Below are positions 36,001 through 52,072 of a DNA stretch of 64,000 nt, piece after piece. The notes beneath the pieces were generated by a model. It was not told the DNA's origin. It saw only the letters and a program-made list of their open reading frames with translations, and searched no databases. Source of the stretch: Bugula neritina (taxonomy: Eukaryota > Animalia > Bryozoa). The position numbers were made by a program, and so were the translations under genes. The stretch lies in NCBI GenBank assembly GCA_964035545.1, contig CAXIUT010000183.1, positions 1,054,001 through 1,118,000 of the forward strand, written 5' to 3'. Every line of letters starts with the position of its first letter. Position 1 is the stretch's first letter.

Positions 36001-39000
36001 AAATACTTTGTAACATATTGAAATACACTGCAACACATTGAAATAGACTGCAACATAACGAAATATATGGTAAACTAATGAAATATATTTTAACACATTG
36101 AAAAATACTGCAACATACTGAAATATATTTTAACACATTGAAAAATACTGCAACATACTGAAATACACTGCAACACATTGAAATATACTGCAACATACCG
36201 AAATATATGGTAAACTACTGAAATATACTGTAACACATTGAAAAATACTGCAACATACTGAAATACACTGTAACATACTGAAATAAACTGCAACATACTA
36301 CAACATATTGAGATACACTGCAACAAATTGAAATATACTGCAACATACCTAAATATACGGTAATATACTGAAATTCACTGTAACGCATTGCAAAATACTA
36401 CAACATACTGAAATTCACTGCGACACACTGAAATACGCTGCAAAATACTACAACATACTGAAATAAACTGTAACATATTGAAATACACTGCAACACATTG
36501 AAATATACTGCAACATAACAAAATATATGGTAAACTACTGAAATAGACTTTAACACATTGAAAAATACTGCAACATACTGAAATACACTGTAACATACGG
36601 AAATATACTGCAACATACTGAAATACACTGCTACATACTGAAATATACTGCAACGTACTGCAACATACTCCAGCATACTGAAATACACTGTAACATACTG
36701 AAATACACTGCAACATACTACCACATATTGAAATACACTGCAACACATTGAAATGTACTGCAACATACCGAAATATATGGTAAACTACTAAAATATACTG
36801 TAACATATTGAAAAATACTGCAACATACTGAAATATACTGCGACACCTAGCAATATACTGTAACATACTGAAATATGCCCTAGCACACTGAAATACAATG
36901 CAACACATTGAAATATACTGCAACATACCTAAATATACGGTAATATACTGAAATTCACTGTAACGCATTGCAAAATACTGCAACATACTGAAATACACTG
37001 CAACATACTACCACATATTGAAATACACTGCAACATATTGAAATACACTGCAACACATTGAAAAATACTGCAACATACTGAAATATACTGTAACACACTG
37101 AAATATACTGCAACATACCGAAATACACTGTAACATACTGAAATATACTGCAACATACTGAAATACACTGCTACATACTGAAATATACTGCAACATACTG
37201 CAACATACTGCAATACACTGTAACATACTGAAATACACTGCAATATACTACAACATATTGAAATACACTGCAACACATTGAAATACACTGCAACTTACCG
37301 AATATATGGTTAACTACTGAAATATACTGTAACGCATTGAAAAATACTGCAACATACTGAAATATATTGCGACACATTGCAATATACTGTAACATACTGA
37401 AAAATGCTGTAGCACACTGAAATATACTGCAATTCACTGAAATATACTGCAACATACTGACATACACCGCAACATCCTACAACATACTGAAATACTTTGT
37501 AACATATTGAAATACACTGCAACACATTGAAATATACTGCAACATAACGAACTATATGGTAACCTACTGCAATATATTTTAACACATTGAAAAATACTGC
37601 AACATACTGAAATATATTTTAACACATTGAAAAATACTGCAACATACTGAAATATACTGTAACACACCGAAATATACTGCAACATACTGAAATACACTGT
37701 AACATACTGAAATATACTGCAACATACTGCAATACACTGCTACATACTGCAACATACTGCAACATACTGCAACATACTGAAATACACTGTAACATACTGA
37801 AATAAACTGCAACATACTACAACATATTGAAATACACTGCAACACATTGAAATATACTGCTACATACCTAAATATACGGTAATATACTGAAATATACTGT
37901 AACACATTGAAAAAACTGCAACATACTGAAATACACTGCAACGCACTGAAATACACCGCAAAATACTACAACATGCTGAAATACACTGTAACATATTGAA
38001 ATCCACTGCAACACATTGAAATATACTGCAACATACCGAAATATATGGTAAACTACTGAAATAGACTTTAACACATTGAAAAATACTGCAACATACAGAA
38101 ATATACTGTAACACACTGAAATATACTGCAACATACTGAAATATACTGCGACACATTGCAATATACTGTAACATATTGAAATATGCTGTAGCACACTGAA
38201 ATACACTGCAACATCCTACAACATACTGAAATACACTGTAACATATTGAAATACACTGCAAGAAATTGAAATAGACTGCAACATAACAAAATATATGGTA
38301 AACTACTGAAATAGACTTTAACACATTGAAAAATACTGCAACATACAGAAATATACTGTAACACACTGAAATATACTGCAACATACTGAAATACACTGTA
38401 ACATTCTGAAATATACTGCAACATACTGAAATACACTGCTACATACTGAAATATACTGCAACATACTGCAAAATACTGCAACATACTGAAATACACTGTA
38501 ACATATTGAAGTACACTGCAACACATTGAAATATACTGCAACATGCCAAAATATATGGTAAACAACTGAAATATACTTTAACACATTGAAAAATACTGCA
38601 ACATACTGAAATATACTGCGACACTTTGCAATATACTGTAACATACCGAAATATGCTCTAGCACACTGAAATACACTGCAACTCACTGAAATATACATCA
38701 ACATACTGAAATACACTGTGACATCCTGAAATATACTGCAACATTCTGAAATACACTGCTACATACTGAAATATACTGCATCATACTGCAACATACTGAA
38801 ATACACTGCAACATACTACAACATACTGAAATACGCTGCAACACATTGAAATATACTGCAACATACCTAAATATATGGTAATATACCGAAATATACTGTA
38901 ACGCAATGCAAAATACTGCAACATACTGAAATACACTGCGACACACTGAAATACGCTGCAAAATACTACAACATACTGAAATAAACTGTAACACATTGAA

Positions 39001-42000
39001 ATACACTGCAATACATTGAAAAATAATGCAATATACTGATATATACTGTAACACACTGAAATATACTGCAACATACTGAAAAACACTGTAACATACTGAA
39101 ATATACTGTAACATACTGCAACATACTGAAATACACTGTAACATACTGAGATACACTGCCGCATACTGCAACATATTGAACTACACTGCAACACATTGAA
39201 ATATATTGCAACTTATCGAATATATGGAAAACTACTGAAATATACTGTAACGCATTGAAAAAGACTGCAACATACTGAAATATATTGCGACACATTGCAA
39301 TATACTGTAATATACTGAAAAATGCTGTATCACACTGAAATATACTGCAATTCGCTGAAATATACTGCAACATACTGAAATACACCGCAACATCCTACAA
39401 CATACTAAAATACACTGTAACATTTCGAAATACACTGCAACACATTGAATTATACTGCAACATAACGAAATATATGGTAAACTACTGAAATATATTTTAA
39501 CAAATTGAAAAATACTGCAACATACTGAAATACACTGCAACATCCTACAATATGCTGAAATACACAGTAACATATTGAAATACACTGCAACACTTTGAAA
39601 TATACTGCAACATACCGAAATATATGGTAAACTACTGCAACATACTACAACATACTGAAATACACTGCAACACATTGAAATATACTGCGACATACCTAAA
39701 TATACGGTAATATACTGAAATAAACTGTAACACATTGAAAAATACTGCAACATACTGAAATATACTGTAACACACCGAAATATACTGCAACATACTGAAA
39801 TACACTGTAACATACTGAAATACACTGCTACATACTGAAATATACTGCAACATACTGCAACATACTGAAATACACAGTAACATACTGAAATAAACTGCAA
39901 CATACTACAACATATTGAAATACACTGCAACACATTGAAATATACTGCAACATACCTAAATATACGGTAATATACTGAAATTCACTGTAACGCATTGCAA
40001 AATACTGCAACATACTGAAATTCACTGCGACACACTGAAATACGCTGCAAAATACTACAACATACTGAAATAAACTGTAACATGTTGAAATACACTGCAA
40101 CACATTGAAAAATACTGCAACATACTGAAATATACTGTAACACACTGAAATATACTGCAACATACTGAAATACACTGTAACATACTGAAATATACTGCAA
40201 CATACTGAAATACACTGCTACATACTGAAATATACTGCAACATACTGCAACATACTGCAATACACTGTAAAATACTGAAATACACTGCAACATACTACTA
40301 CAACATATTGAAATACACTGCAACACATTGAAATACACTGCAACATACTGCAACATACTGCAATACACTGTAACATACTGAAATACAATGCAACATACTA
40401 CAACATATTGAAATACACTGCAACACATTGAAATACACTGCAACTTACCGAATATATGGTAAACTACTGAAATATACTGTAACGCATTGAAAAATACTGC
40501 AACATACTGAAATATATTGCGACACATTGCAATATACTGTAACATACTGAAAAATGCTGTAGCACACTGAAATATACTGCAATTCACTGAAATATACTGC
40601 AACATACTGAAATACACCGCAACATCCTACAACATACTGAAATACTTTGTAACATATTGAAATACACTGCAACACATTGAAATAGACTGCAACATAACGA
40701 AATATATGGTAAACTAATGAAATATATTTTAACACATTGAAAAATACTGCAACATACTGAAATATATTTTAACACATTGAAAAATACTGCAACATACTGA
40801 AATACACTGCAACACATTGAAATATACTGCAACATACCGAAATATATGGTAAACTACTGAAATATACTGTAACACATTGAAAAATACTGCAACATACTGA
40901 AATACACTGTAACATACTGAAATAAACTGCAACATACTACAACATATTGAGATACACTGCAACAAATTGAAATATACTGCAACATACCTAAATATACGGT
41001 AATATACTGAAATTCACTGTAACGCATTGCAAAATACTACAACATACTGAAATTCACTGCGACACACTGAAATACGTTGCAAAATACTACAACATACTGA
41101 AATAAACTGTAACATATTGAAATACACTGCAACACATTGAAATATACTGCAACATAACAAAATATATGGTAAACTACTGAAATAGACTTTAACACATTGA
41201 AAAATACTGCAACATACTGAAATACACTGTAACATACGGAAATATACTGCAACATACTGAAATACACTGCTACATACTGAAATATACTGCAACGTACTGC
41301 AACATACTCCAGCATACTGAAATACACTGTAACATACTGAAATACACTGCAACATACTACCACATATTGAAATACACTGCAACACATTGAAATGTACTGC
41401 AACATACCGAAATATATGGTAAACTACTAAAATATACTGTAACATATTGAAAAATACTGCAACATACTGAAATATACTGCGACACCTAGCAATATACTGT
41501 AACATACTGAAATATGCCCTAGCACACTGAAATACAATGCAACACATTGAAATATACTGCAACATACCTAAATATACGGTAATATACTGAAATTCACTGT
41601 AACGCATTGCAAAATACTGCAACATACTGAAATACACTGCAACATACTACCACATATTGAAATACACTGCAACATATTGAAATACACTGCAACACATTGA
41701 AAAATACTGCAACATACTGAAATATACTGTAACACACTGAAATATACTGCAACATACCGAAATACACTGTAACATACTGAAATATACTGCAACATACTGA
41801 AATACACTGCTACATACTGAAATATACTGCAACATACTGCAACATACTGTAATACACTGTAACATACTGAAATACACTGCAATATACTACAACATATTGA
41901 AATACACTGCAACACATTGAAATACACTGCAACTTACCGAATATATGGTTAACTACTGAAATATACTGTAACGCATTGAAAAATACTGCAACATACTGAA

Positions 42001-45000
42001 ATATATTGCGACACATTGCAATATACTGTAACATACTGAAAAATGCTGTAGCACACTGAAATATACTGCAATTCACTGAAATATACTGCAACATACTGAC
42101 ATACACCGCAACATCCTACAACATACTGAAATACTTTGTAACATATTGAAATACACTGCAACACATTGAAATATACTGCAACATAACGAACTATATGGTA
42201 ACCTACTGCAATATATTTTAACACATTGAAAAATACTGCAACATACTGAAATATATTTTAACACATTGAAAAATACTGCAACATACTGAAATATACTGTA
42301 ACACACCGAAATATACTGCAACATACTGAAATACACTGTAACATACTGAAATATACTGCAACATACTGCAATACACTGCTACATACTGCAACATACTGCA
42401 ACATACTGCAACATACTGAAATACACTGTAACATACTGAAATAAACTGCAACATACTACAACATATTGAAATACACTGCAACACATTGAAATATACTGCT
42501 ACATACCTAAATATACGGTAATATACTGAAATATACTGTAACACATTGAAAAAACTGCAACATACTGAAATACACTGCAACGCACTGAAATACACCGCAA
42601 AATACTACAACATGCTGAAATACACTGTAACATATTGAAATCCACTGCAACACATTGAAATATACTGCAACATACCGAAATATATGGTAAACTACTGAAA
42701 TAGACTTTAACACATTGAAAAATACTGCAACATACAGAAATATACTGTAACACACTGAAATATACTGCAACATACTGAAATATACTGCGACACATTGCAA
42801 TATACTGTAACATATTGAAATATGCTGTAGCACACTGAAATACACTGCAACATCCTACAACATACTGAAATACACTGTAACATATTGAAATACACTGCAA
42901 GAAATTGAAATAGACTGCAACATAACAAAATATATGGTAAACTACTGAAATAGACTTTAACACATTGAAAAATACTGCAACATACAGAAATATACTGTAA
43001 CACACTGAAATATACTGCAACATACTGAAATACACTGTAACATTCTGAAATATACTGCAACATACTGAAATACACTGCTACATACTGAAATATACTGCAA
43101 CATACTGCAAAATACTGCAACATACTGAAATACACTGTAACATATTGAAGTACACTGCAACACATTGAAATATACTGCAACATGCCAAAATATATGGTAA
43201 ACAACTGAAATATACTTTAACACATTGAAAAATACTGCAACATACTGAAATATACTGCGACACTTTGCAATATACTGTAACATACCGAAATATGCTCTAG
43301 CACACTGAAATACACTGCAACTCACTGAAATATACATCAACATACTGAAATACACTGTGACATCCTGAAATATACTGCAACATTCTGAAATACACTGCTA
43401 CATACTGAAATATACTGCATCATACTGCAACATACTGAAATACACTGCAACATACTACAACATACTGAAATACGCTGCAACACATTGAAATATACTGCAA
43501 CATACCTAAATATATGGTAATATACCGAAATATACTGTAACGCAATGCAAAATACTGCAACATACTGAAATACACTGCGACACACTGAAATACGCTGCAA
43601 AATACTACAACATACTGAAATAAACTGTAACACATTGAAATACACTGCAATACATTGAAAAATAATGCAATATACTGATATATACTGTAACACACTGAAA
43701 TATACTGCAACATACTGAAAAACACTGTAACATACTGAAATATACTGTAACATACTGCAACATACTGAAATACACTGTAACATACTGAGATACACTGCCG
43801 CATACTGCAACATATTGAACTACACTGCAACACATTGAAATATATTGCAACTTATCGAATATATGGAAAACTACTGAAATATACTGTAACGCATTGAAAA
43901 AGACTGCAACATACTGAAATATATTGCGACACATTGCAATATACTGTAATATACTGAAAAATGCTGTATCACACTGAAATATACTGCAATTCGCTGAAAT
44001 ATACTGCAACATACTGAAATACACCGCAACATCCTACAACATACTAAAATACACTGTAACATTTCGAAATACACTGCAACACATTGAATTATACTGCAAC
44101 ATAACGAAATATATGGTAAACTACTGAAATATATTTTAACAAATTGAAAAATACTGCAACATACTGAAATATACTGTAACACACTGAAGTATACTGCAAC
44201 ATACTGAAATACACTGTAACATACTGAAATATACTGCAACATACTGAAATACACTGCTACATACTGAAATATACTGCAACGTACTGCAACATACTGCAGC
44301 ATACTGAAATACACTGTAACATACTGAAACACACTGCAACATACTACCACATATTGAAATACACTGCAACACATTGAAATGTACTGCAACATACCGAAAT
44401 ATATGGTAAACTACTAAAATATACTGTAACACATTGAAAAATACTGCAACATACTGAAATATACTGCGACACCTAGCAATATACTGTAACATACTGAAAT
44501 ATGCTCTAGCACACTGAAATACAATGCAACTTACTGAAATATACTGCAACATACTGAAATACACTGCAACATCCTACAATATGCTGAAATACACAGTAAC
44601 ATATTGAAATACACTGCAACACTTTGAAATATACTGCAACATACCGAAATATATGGTAAACTACTGCAACATACTACAACATACTGAAATACACTGCAAC
44701 ACATTGAAATATACTGCGACATACCTAAATATACGGTAATATACTGAAATATACTGTAACACATTGAAAAATACTGCAACATACTGAAATATACTGTAAC
44801 ACACCGAAATATACTGCAACATACTGAAATACACTGTAACATACTGAAATACACTGCTACATACTGAAATATACTGCAACATACTGCAACATACTGAAAT
44901 ACACAGTAACATACTGAAATAAACTGCAACATACTACAACATATTGAAATACACTGCAACACATTGAAATATACTGCAACATACCTAAATATACGGTAAT

Positions 45001-48000
45001 ATACTGAAATTCACTGTAACGCATTGCAAAATACTGCAACATACTGAAATTCACTGCGACACACTGAAATACGCTGCAAAATACTACAACATACTGAAAT
45101 AAACTGTAACATGTTGAAATACACTGCAACACATTGAAAAATACTGCAACATACTGAAATATACTGTAACACACTGAAATATACTGCAACATACTGAAAT
45201 ACACTGTAACATACTGAAATATACTGCAACATACTGAAATACACTGCTACATACTGAAATATACTGCAACATACTGCAACATACTGCAATACACTGTAAA
45301 ATACTGAAATACACTGCAACATACTACAACATATTGAAATACACTGCAACACATTGAAATACACTGCAACTTATCAAATATATGGAAAACTACTGAAATA
45401 TACTGTAACGCATTGAAAAAGACTGCAACATACTGAAATATATTGCGACACATTGCAATATACTGTAATATACTGAAAAATGCTGTATCACACTGAAATA
45501 TACTGCAATTCGCTGAAATATACTGCAACATACTGAAATACACCGCAACATCCTACAACATACTAAAATACACTGTAACATTTCGAAATACACTGCAACA
45601 CATTGAATTATACTGCAACATAACGAAATATATGGTAAACTACTGAAATATATTTTAACAAATTGAAAAATACTGCAACATACTGAAATATACTGTAACA
45701 CACTGAAGTATACTGCAACATACTGAAATACACTGTAACATACTGAAATATACTGCAACATACTGAAATACACTGCTACATACTGAAATATACTGCAACG
45801 TACTGCAACATACTGCAGCATACTGAAATACACTGTAACATACTGAAATACACTGCAACATACTACCACATATTGAAATACACTGCAACACATTGAAATG
45901 TACTGCAACATACCGAAATATATGGTAAACTACTAAAATATACTGTAACACATTGAAAAATACTGCAACATACAGAAATATACTGTAACACACTGAAATA
46001 TACTGCAACATACTGAAATACACTGTAACATTCTGAAATATACTGCAACATACTGAAATACACTGCTACATACTGAAATATACTGCAACATACTGCAAAA
46101 TACTGCAACATACTGAAATACACTGTAACATATTGAAGTACACTGCAACACATTGAAATATACTGCAACATGCCAAAATATATGGTAAACAACTGAAATA
46201 TACTTTAACACATTGAAAAATACTGCAACATACTGAAATATACTGCGACACTTTGCAATATACTGTAACATACCGAAATATGCTCTAGCACACTGAAATA
46301 CACTGCAACTCACTGAAATATACTGCAACCTACTGAAATACACTGTGACATCCTGAAATATACTGCAACATTCTGAAATACACTGCTACATACTGAAATA
46401 TACTGCAACATACTGCAACATACTGAAATACACTGCAACATACTACAACATACTGAAATACGCTGCAACACATTGAAATATACTGCAACATACCTAAATA
46501 TACGGTAACATACCGAAATATACTGTAACGCATTGCAAAATACTGCAACATACTGAAATACACTGCGACACACTGAAATACGCTGCAAAATACTACAACA
46601 TACTGAAATAAACTGTAACACATTGAAATACACTGCAATACATTGAAAAATAATGCAATATACTGATATATACTGTAACACACTGAAATGTACTGCAACA
46701 TACTGAAATACACTGTAACATACTGAAATATACTGTAACATACTGCAACATACTGAAATACACTGTAACACATTGAAATATACTGCAACATACCGAAATA
46801 TATGGTAAACTACTGAAATATACTGTAACACATTGAAAAATACTGCAACATACTGAAATACACTGTAACATACTGAAATAAACTGCAACATACTACAACA
46901 TATTGAGATACACTGCAACAAATTGAAATATACTGCAACATACCTAAATATACGGTAATATACTGAAATTCACTGTAACGCATTGCAAAATACTACAACA
47001 TACTGAAATTCACTGCGACACACTGAAATACGCTGCAAAATACTACAACATACTGAAATAAACTGTAACATATTGAAATACACTGCAACACATTGAAATA
47101 TACTGCAACATAACAAAATATATGGTAAACTACTGAAATAGACTTTAACACATTGAAAAATACTGCAACATACTGAAATACACTGTAACATACTGAAATA
47201 TACTGCAACATACTGAAATACACTGCTACATACTGAAATATACTGCAACGTACTGCAACATACTCCAGCATACTGAAAGACACTGTAACATACTGAAATA
47301 CACTGCAACATACTACCACATATTGAAATACACTGCAACACATTGAAATGTACTGCAACATACCGAAATATATGGTAAACTACTAAAATATACTGTAACA
47401 TATTGAAAAATACTGCAACATACTGAAATATACTGCGACACCTAGCAATATACTGTAACATACTGAAATATGCTCTAGCACACTGAAATACAATGCAACA
47501 CATTGAAATATACTGCAACATACCTAAATATACGGTAATATACTGAAATTCACTGTAACGCATTGCAAAATACTGCAACATGCTGAAATACACTGCAACA
47601 TACTACCACATATTGAAATACACTGCAACATATTGAAATACACTGCAACACATTGAAAAATACTGCAACATACTGAAATATACTGTAACATACTGAAATG
47701 TACTGCAACATACCGAAATACACTGTAACATACTGAAATATACTGCAACATACTGAAATACACTGCTACATACTGAAATATACTGCAACATACTGCAACA
47801 TACTGCAATACACTGTAACATACTGAAATACACTGCAATATACTACAACATATTGAAATACACTGCAACACATTGAAATACACTGCAACTTACCGAATAT
47901 ATGGTAAACTACTGAAATATACTGTAACGCATTGAAAAATAATGCAACATACTGAAATATATTGCGACACATTGCAATATACTGTAACATACTGAAAAAT

Positions 48001-51000
48001 GCTGTAGCACACTGAAATATACTGCAATTCACTGAAATATACTGCAACATACTGACATACACCGCAACATCCTACAACATACTGAAATACTTTGTAACAT
48101 ATTGAAATACACTGCAACACATTGAAATATACTGCAACATAACGAACTATATGGTAACCTACTGAAATATATTTTAACACATTGAAAAATACTGCAACAT
48201 ACTGAAATATATTTTAACACATTGAAAAATACCACAACATACTGAAATATACTGTAACACACCGAAATATACTGCAACATACCGAAATACACTGTAACAT
48301 ACTGAAATATACTGCAACATACTGAAATACACTGCTACATACTGCAACATACTGCAACATACTGCAACATACTGAAATACACTGTAACATACTGAAATAA
48401 ACTGCAACATACTACAACATATTGAAATACACTGCAACACATTGAAATATACTGCTACATACCTAAATATACGGTAATATACTGAAATATACTGTAACAC
48501 ATTGAAAAAACTGCAACATACTGAAATACACTGCAACGCACTGAAATACACCGCAAAATACTACAACATGCTGAAATACACTGTAACATATTGAAATCCA
48601 CTGCAACACATTGAAATATACTGCAACATACCGAAATATATGGTAAACTACTGAAATAGACTTTAACACATTGAAAAATACTGCAACATACAGAAATATA
48701 CTGTAACACACTGAAATATACTGCAACATACTGAAATATACTGCGACACATTGCAATATACTGTAACATATTGAAATATGCTGTAGCACACTGAAATACA
48801 CTGCAACATCCTACAACATGCTGAAATACACTGTAACATATTGAAATACACTGCAAGAAATTGAAATAGACTGCAACATAACAAAATATATGGTAAACTA
48901 CTGAAATAGACTTTAACACATTGAAAAATACTGCAACATACAGAAATATACTGTAACACACTGAAATATACTGCAACATACTGAAATACACTGTAACATT
49001 CTGAAATATACTGCAACATACTGAAATACACTGCTACATACTGAAATATACTGCAACATACTGCAAAATACTGCAACATACTGAAATACACTGTAACATA
49101 TTGAAGTACACTGCAACACATTGAAATATACTGCAACATGCCAAAATATATGGTAAACAACTGAAATATACTTTAACACATTGAAAAATACTGCAACATA
49201 CTGAAATATACTGCGACACTTTGCAATATACTGTAACATACCGAAATATGCTCTAGCACACTGAAATACACTGCAACTCACTGAAATATACTGCAACATA
49301 CTGAAATATACTGTGACATCCTGAAATATACTGCAACATTCTGAAATACACTGCTACATACTGAAATATACTGCATCATACTGCAACATACTGAAATACA
49401 CTGCAACATACTACAACATACTTAAATACGCTGCAACACATTGAAATATACTGCAACATACCTAAATATATGGTAATATACCGAAATATACTGTAACGCA
49501 ATGCAAAATACTGCAACATACTGAAATACACTGCGACACACTGAAATACGCTGCAAAATACTACAACATACTGAAATAAACTGTAACACATTGAAATACA
49601 CTGCAATACATTGAAAAATAATGCAATATACTGATATATACTGTAACACACTGAAATATACTGCAACATACTGAAATACACTGTAACATACTGAAATATA
49701 CTGTAACATACTGCAACATACTGAAATACACTGTAACATACTGAGATACACTGCCGCATACTGCAACATATTGAACTACACTGCAACACATTGAAATATA
49801 TTGCAACTTATCGAATATATGGAAAACTACTGAAATATACTGTAACGCATTGAAAAAGACTGCAACATACTGAAATATATTGCGACACATTGCAATATAC
49901 TGTAATATACTGAAAAATGCTGTATCACACTGAAATATACTGCAATTCGCTGAAATATACTGCAACATACTGAAATACACCGCAACATCCTACAACATAC
50001 TAAAATACACTGTAACATTTCGAAATACACTGCAACACATTGAATTATACTGCAACATAACGAAATATATGGTAAACTACTGAAATATATTTTAACAAAT
50101 TGAAAAATACTGCAACATACTGAAATATACTGTAACACACTGAAGTATACTGCAACATACTGAAATACACTGTAACATACTGAAATATACTGCAACATAC
50201 TGAAATACACTGCTACATACTGAAATATACTGCAACGTACTGCAACATACTGCAGCATACTGAAATACACTGTAACATACTGAAATACACTGCAACATAC
50301 TACCACATATTGAAATACACTGCAACACATTGAAATGTACTGCAACATACCGAAATATATGGTAAACTACTAAAATATACTGTAACACATTGAAAAATAC
50401 TGCAACATACTGAAATATACTGCGACACCTAGCAATATACTGTAACATACTGAAATATGCTCTAGCACACTGAAATACAATGCAACTTACTGAAATATAC
50501 TGCAACATACTGAAATACACTGCAACATCCTACAATATGCTGAAATACACAGTAACATATTGAAATACACTGCAACACTTTGAAATATACTGCAACATAC
50601 CGAAATATATGGTAAACTACTGCAACATACTACAACATACTGAAATACACTGCAACACATTGAAATATACTGCGACATACCTAGATATACGGTAATATAC
50701 TGAAATATACTGTAACACATTGAAAAATACTGCAACATACTGAAATATACTGTAACACACCGAAATATACTGCAACATACTGAAATACACTGTAACATAC
50801 TGAAATACACTGCTACATACTGAAATATACTGCAACATACTGCAACATACTGAAATACACAGTAACATACTGAAATAAACTGCAACATACTACAACATAT
50901 TGAAATACACTGCAACACATTGAAATATACTGCAACATACCTAAATATACGGTAATATACTGAAATTCACTGTAACGCATTGCAAAATACTGCAACATAC

Positions 51001-51633
51001 TGAAATTCACTGCGACACACTGAAATACGCTGCAAAATACTACAACATACTGAAATAAACTGTAACATGTTGAAATACACTGCAACACATTGAAAAATAC
51101 TGCAACATACTGAAATATACTGTAACACACTGAAATATACTGCAACATACTGAAATACACTGTAACATACTGAAATATACTGCAACATACTGAAATACAC
51201 TGCTACATACTGAAATATACTGCAACATACTGCAACATACTGCAATACACTGTAAAATACTGAAATACACTGCAACATACTACAACATATTGAAATACAC
51301 TGCAACACATTGAAATACACTGCAACTTATCGAATATATGGAAAACTACTGAAATATACTGTAACGCATTGAAAAAGACTGCAACATACTGAAATATATT
51401 GCGACACATTGCAATATACTGTAATATACTGAAAAATGCTGTATCACACTGAAATATACTGCAATTCGCTGAAATATACTGCAACATACTGAAATACACC
51501 GCAACATCCTACAACATACTAAAATACACTGTAACATTTCGAAATACACTGCAACACATTGAAATGTACTGCAACATACCGAAATATATGGTAAACTACT
51601 AAAATATACTGTAACACATTGAAAAATACTGCA
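1..51633 (+). repeat. Satellite DNA array (left arm): 10-bp unit / 20-bp dimer ACTGCAACAT-ACTGAAATAY with higher-order structure
   Basis: Continuous tandem 10-mers of consensus ACTG(C/A/T)AA(C/T)A(C/T), all in one orientation. Variant 10-mers (ATGGTAAACT, GCTCTAGCAC, CCTACAACAT) recur, and identical ORF translations repeat at fixed offsets. Confidence 0.98.
51629..51633 (+). other. Target-site duplication, left copy (CTGCA)
   Basis: CTGCA directly precedes the 5' LTR TG and recurs at 60251-60255. Removing the element plus one copy restores the satellite sequence seen around 45963 and 21449. Confidence 0.93.
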
Positions 51634-51823
51634 TGTAATTAATTGGAATGCCAGTGAAATTTCTTGCTCTCATCAAAACAAACAAAGTTAACCAACGTGC
51701 CCATAATTAGAAAACCATTACATTAGTCATGTATATGTAGCTGTTTTGCTTTTATAGCTATGACAAATTTGCACACGAAAGTCAACGAGATTTCCTCATG
51801 TGTATGATTCACTATGACTAAGT

Positions 51824-51831
51824 TATATAAA
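51824..51831 (+). promoter_or_regulatory. Candidate TATA box of LTR promoter (TATATAAA)
   Basis: Consensus TATA in the U3-like part of the LTR, with an Inr-like TCAGCT ~25 nt downstream (51847-51852). The LTR is AT-rich, so a chance match is possible. Confidence 0.45.
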
Positions 51832-52072
51832 TAGTTTTTTACACCATCAGCTTCCTGAAATGATTCATCCATTGAAGTATATTTTACTCTCAGCTCTCAT
51901 TCTATGCTACACTTTCAGTCAGCTAACATGTAGCATAGACTGCTGAGTAACTTTTCACTTATGTTATATTAAATATTTTGTTGCATTTAAATCAATATTG
52001 TCAAAGTAGAGAATAAATACCTACTACATTAACATCAAAGTTATAAGCTCCATTCCTGGATGGTCTAACAAG

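Noticed and set aside
78-51549. Hundreds of minus-strand Cys/Tyr-rich ORFs (also 60179-63999)
   Set aside because: They overlap in all three frames, consist of the translated 10/20-bp repeat, and start and stop at satellite variants. No domain content.
1-51633. CRISPR-like array
   Set aside because: No unique spacers between repeats, no cas genes, and the context is eukaryotic.
51634-51638. LTR terminus TGTAA resembling the satellite's CTGTAAC (homology-driven insertion)
   Set aside because: TGT...ACA ends are generic for LTR elements, and the clean 5-bp TSD indicates normal integrase-mediated insertion.
52012-52017. Second AATAAA in the LTR as the genomic poly(A) signal
   Set aside because: It lies mid-LTR in AT-rich sequence without a clear GU-rich downstream element. 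The one at 52311/60184 fits better, though use of this site is not excluded.
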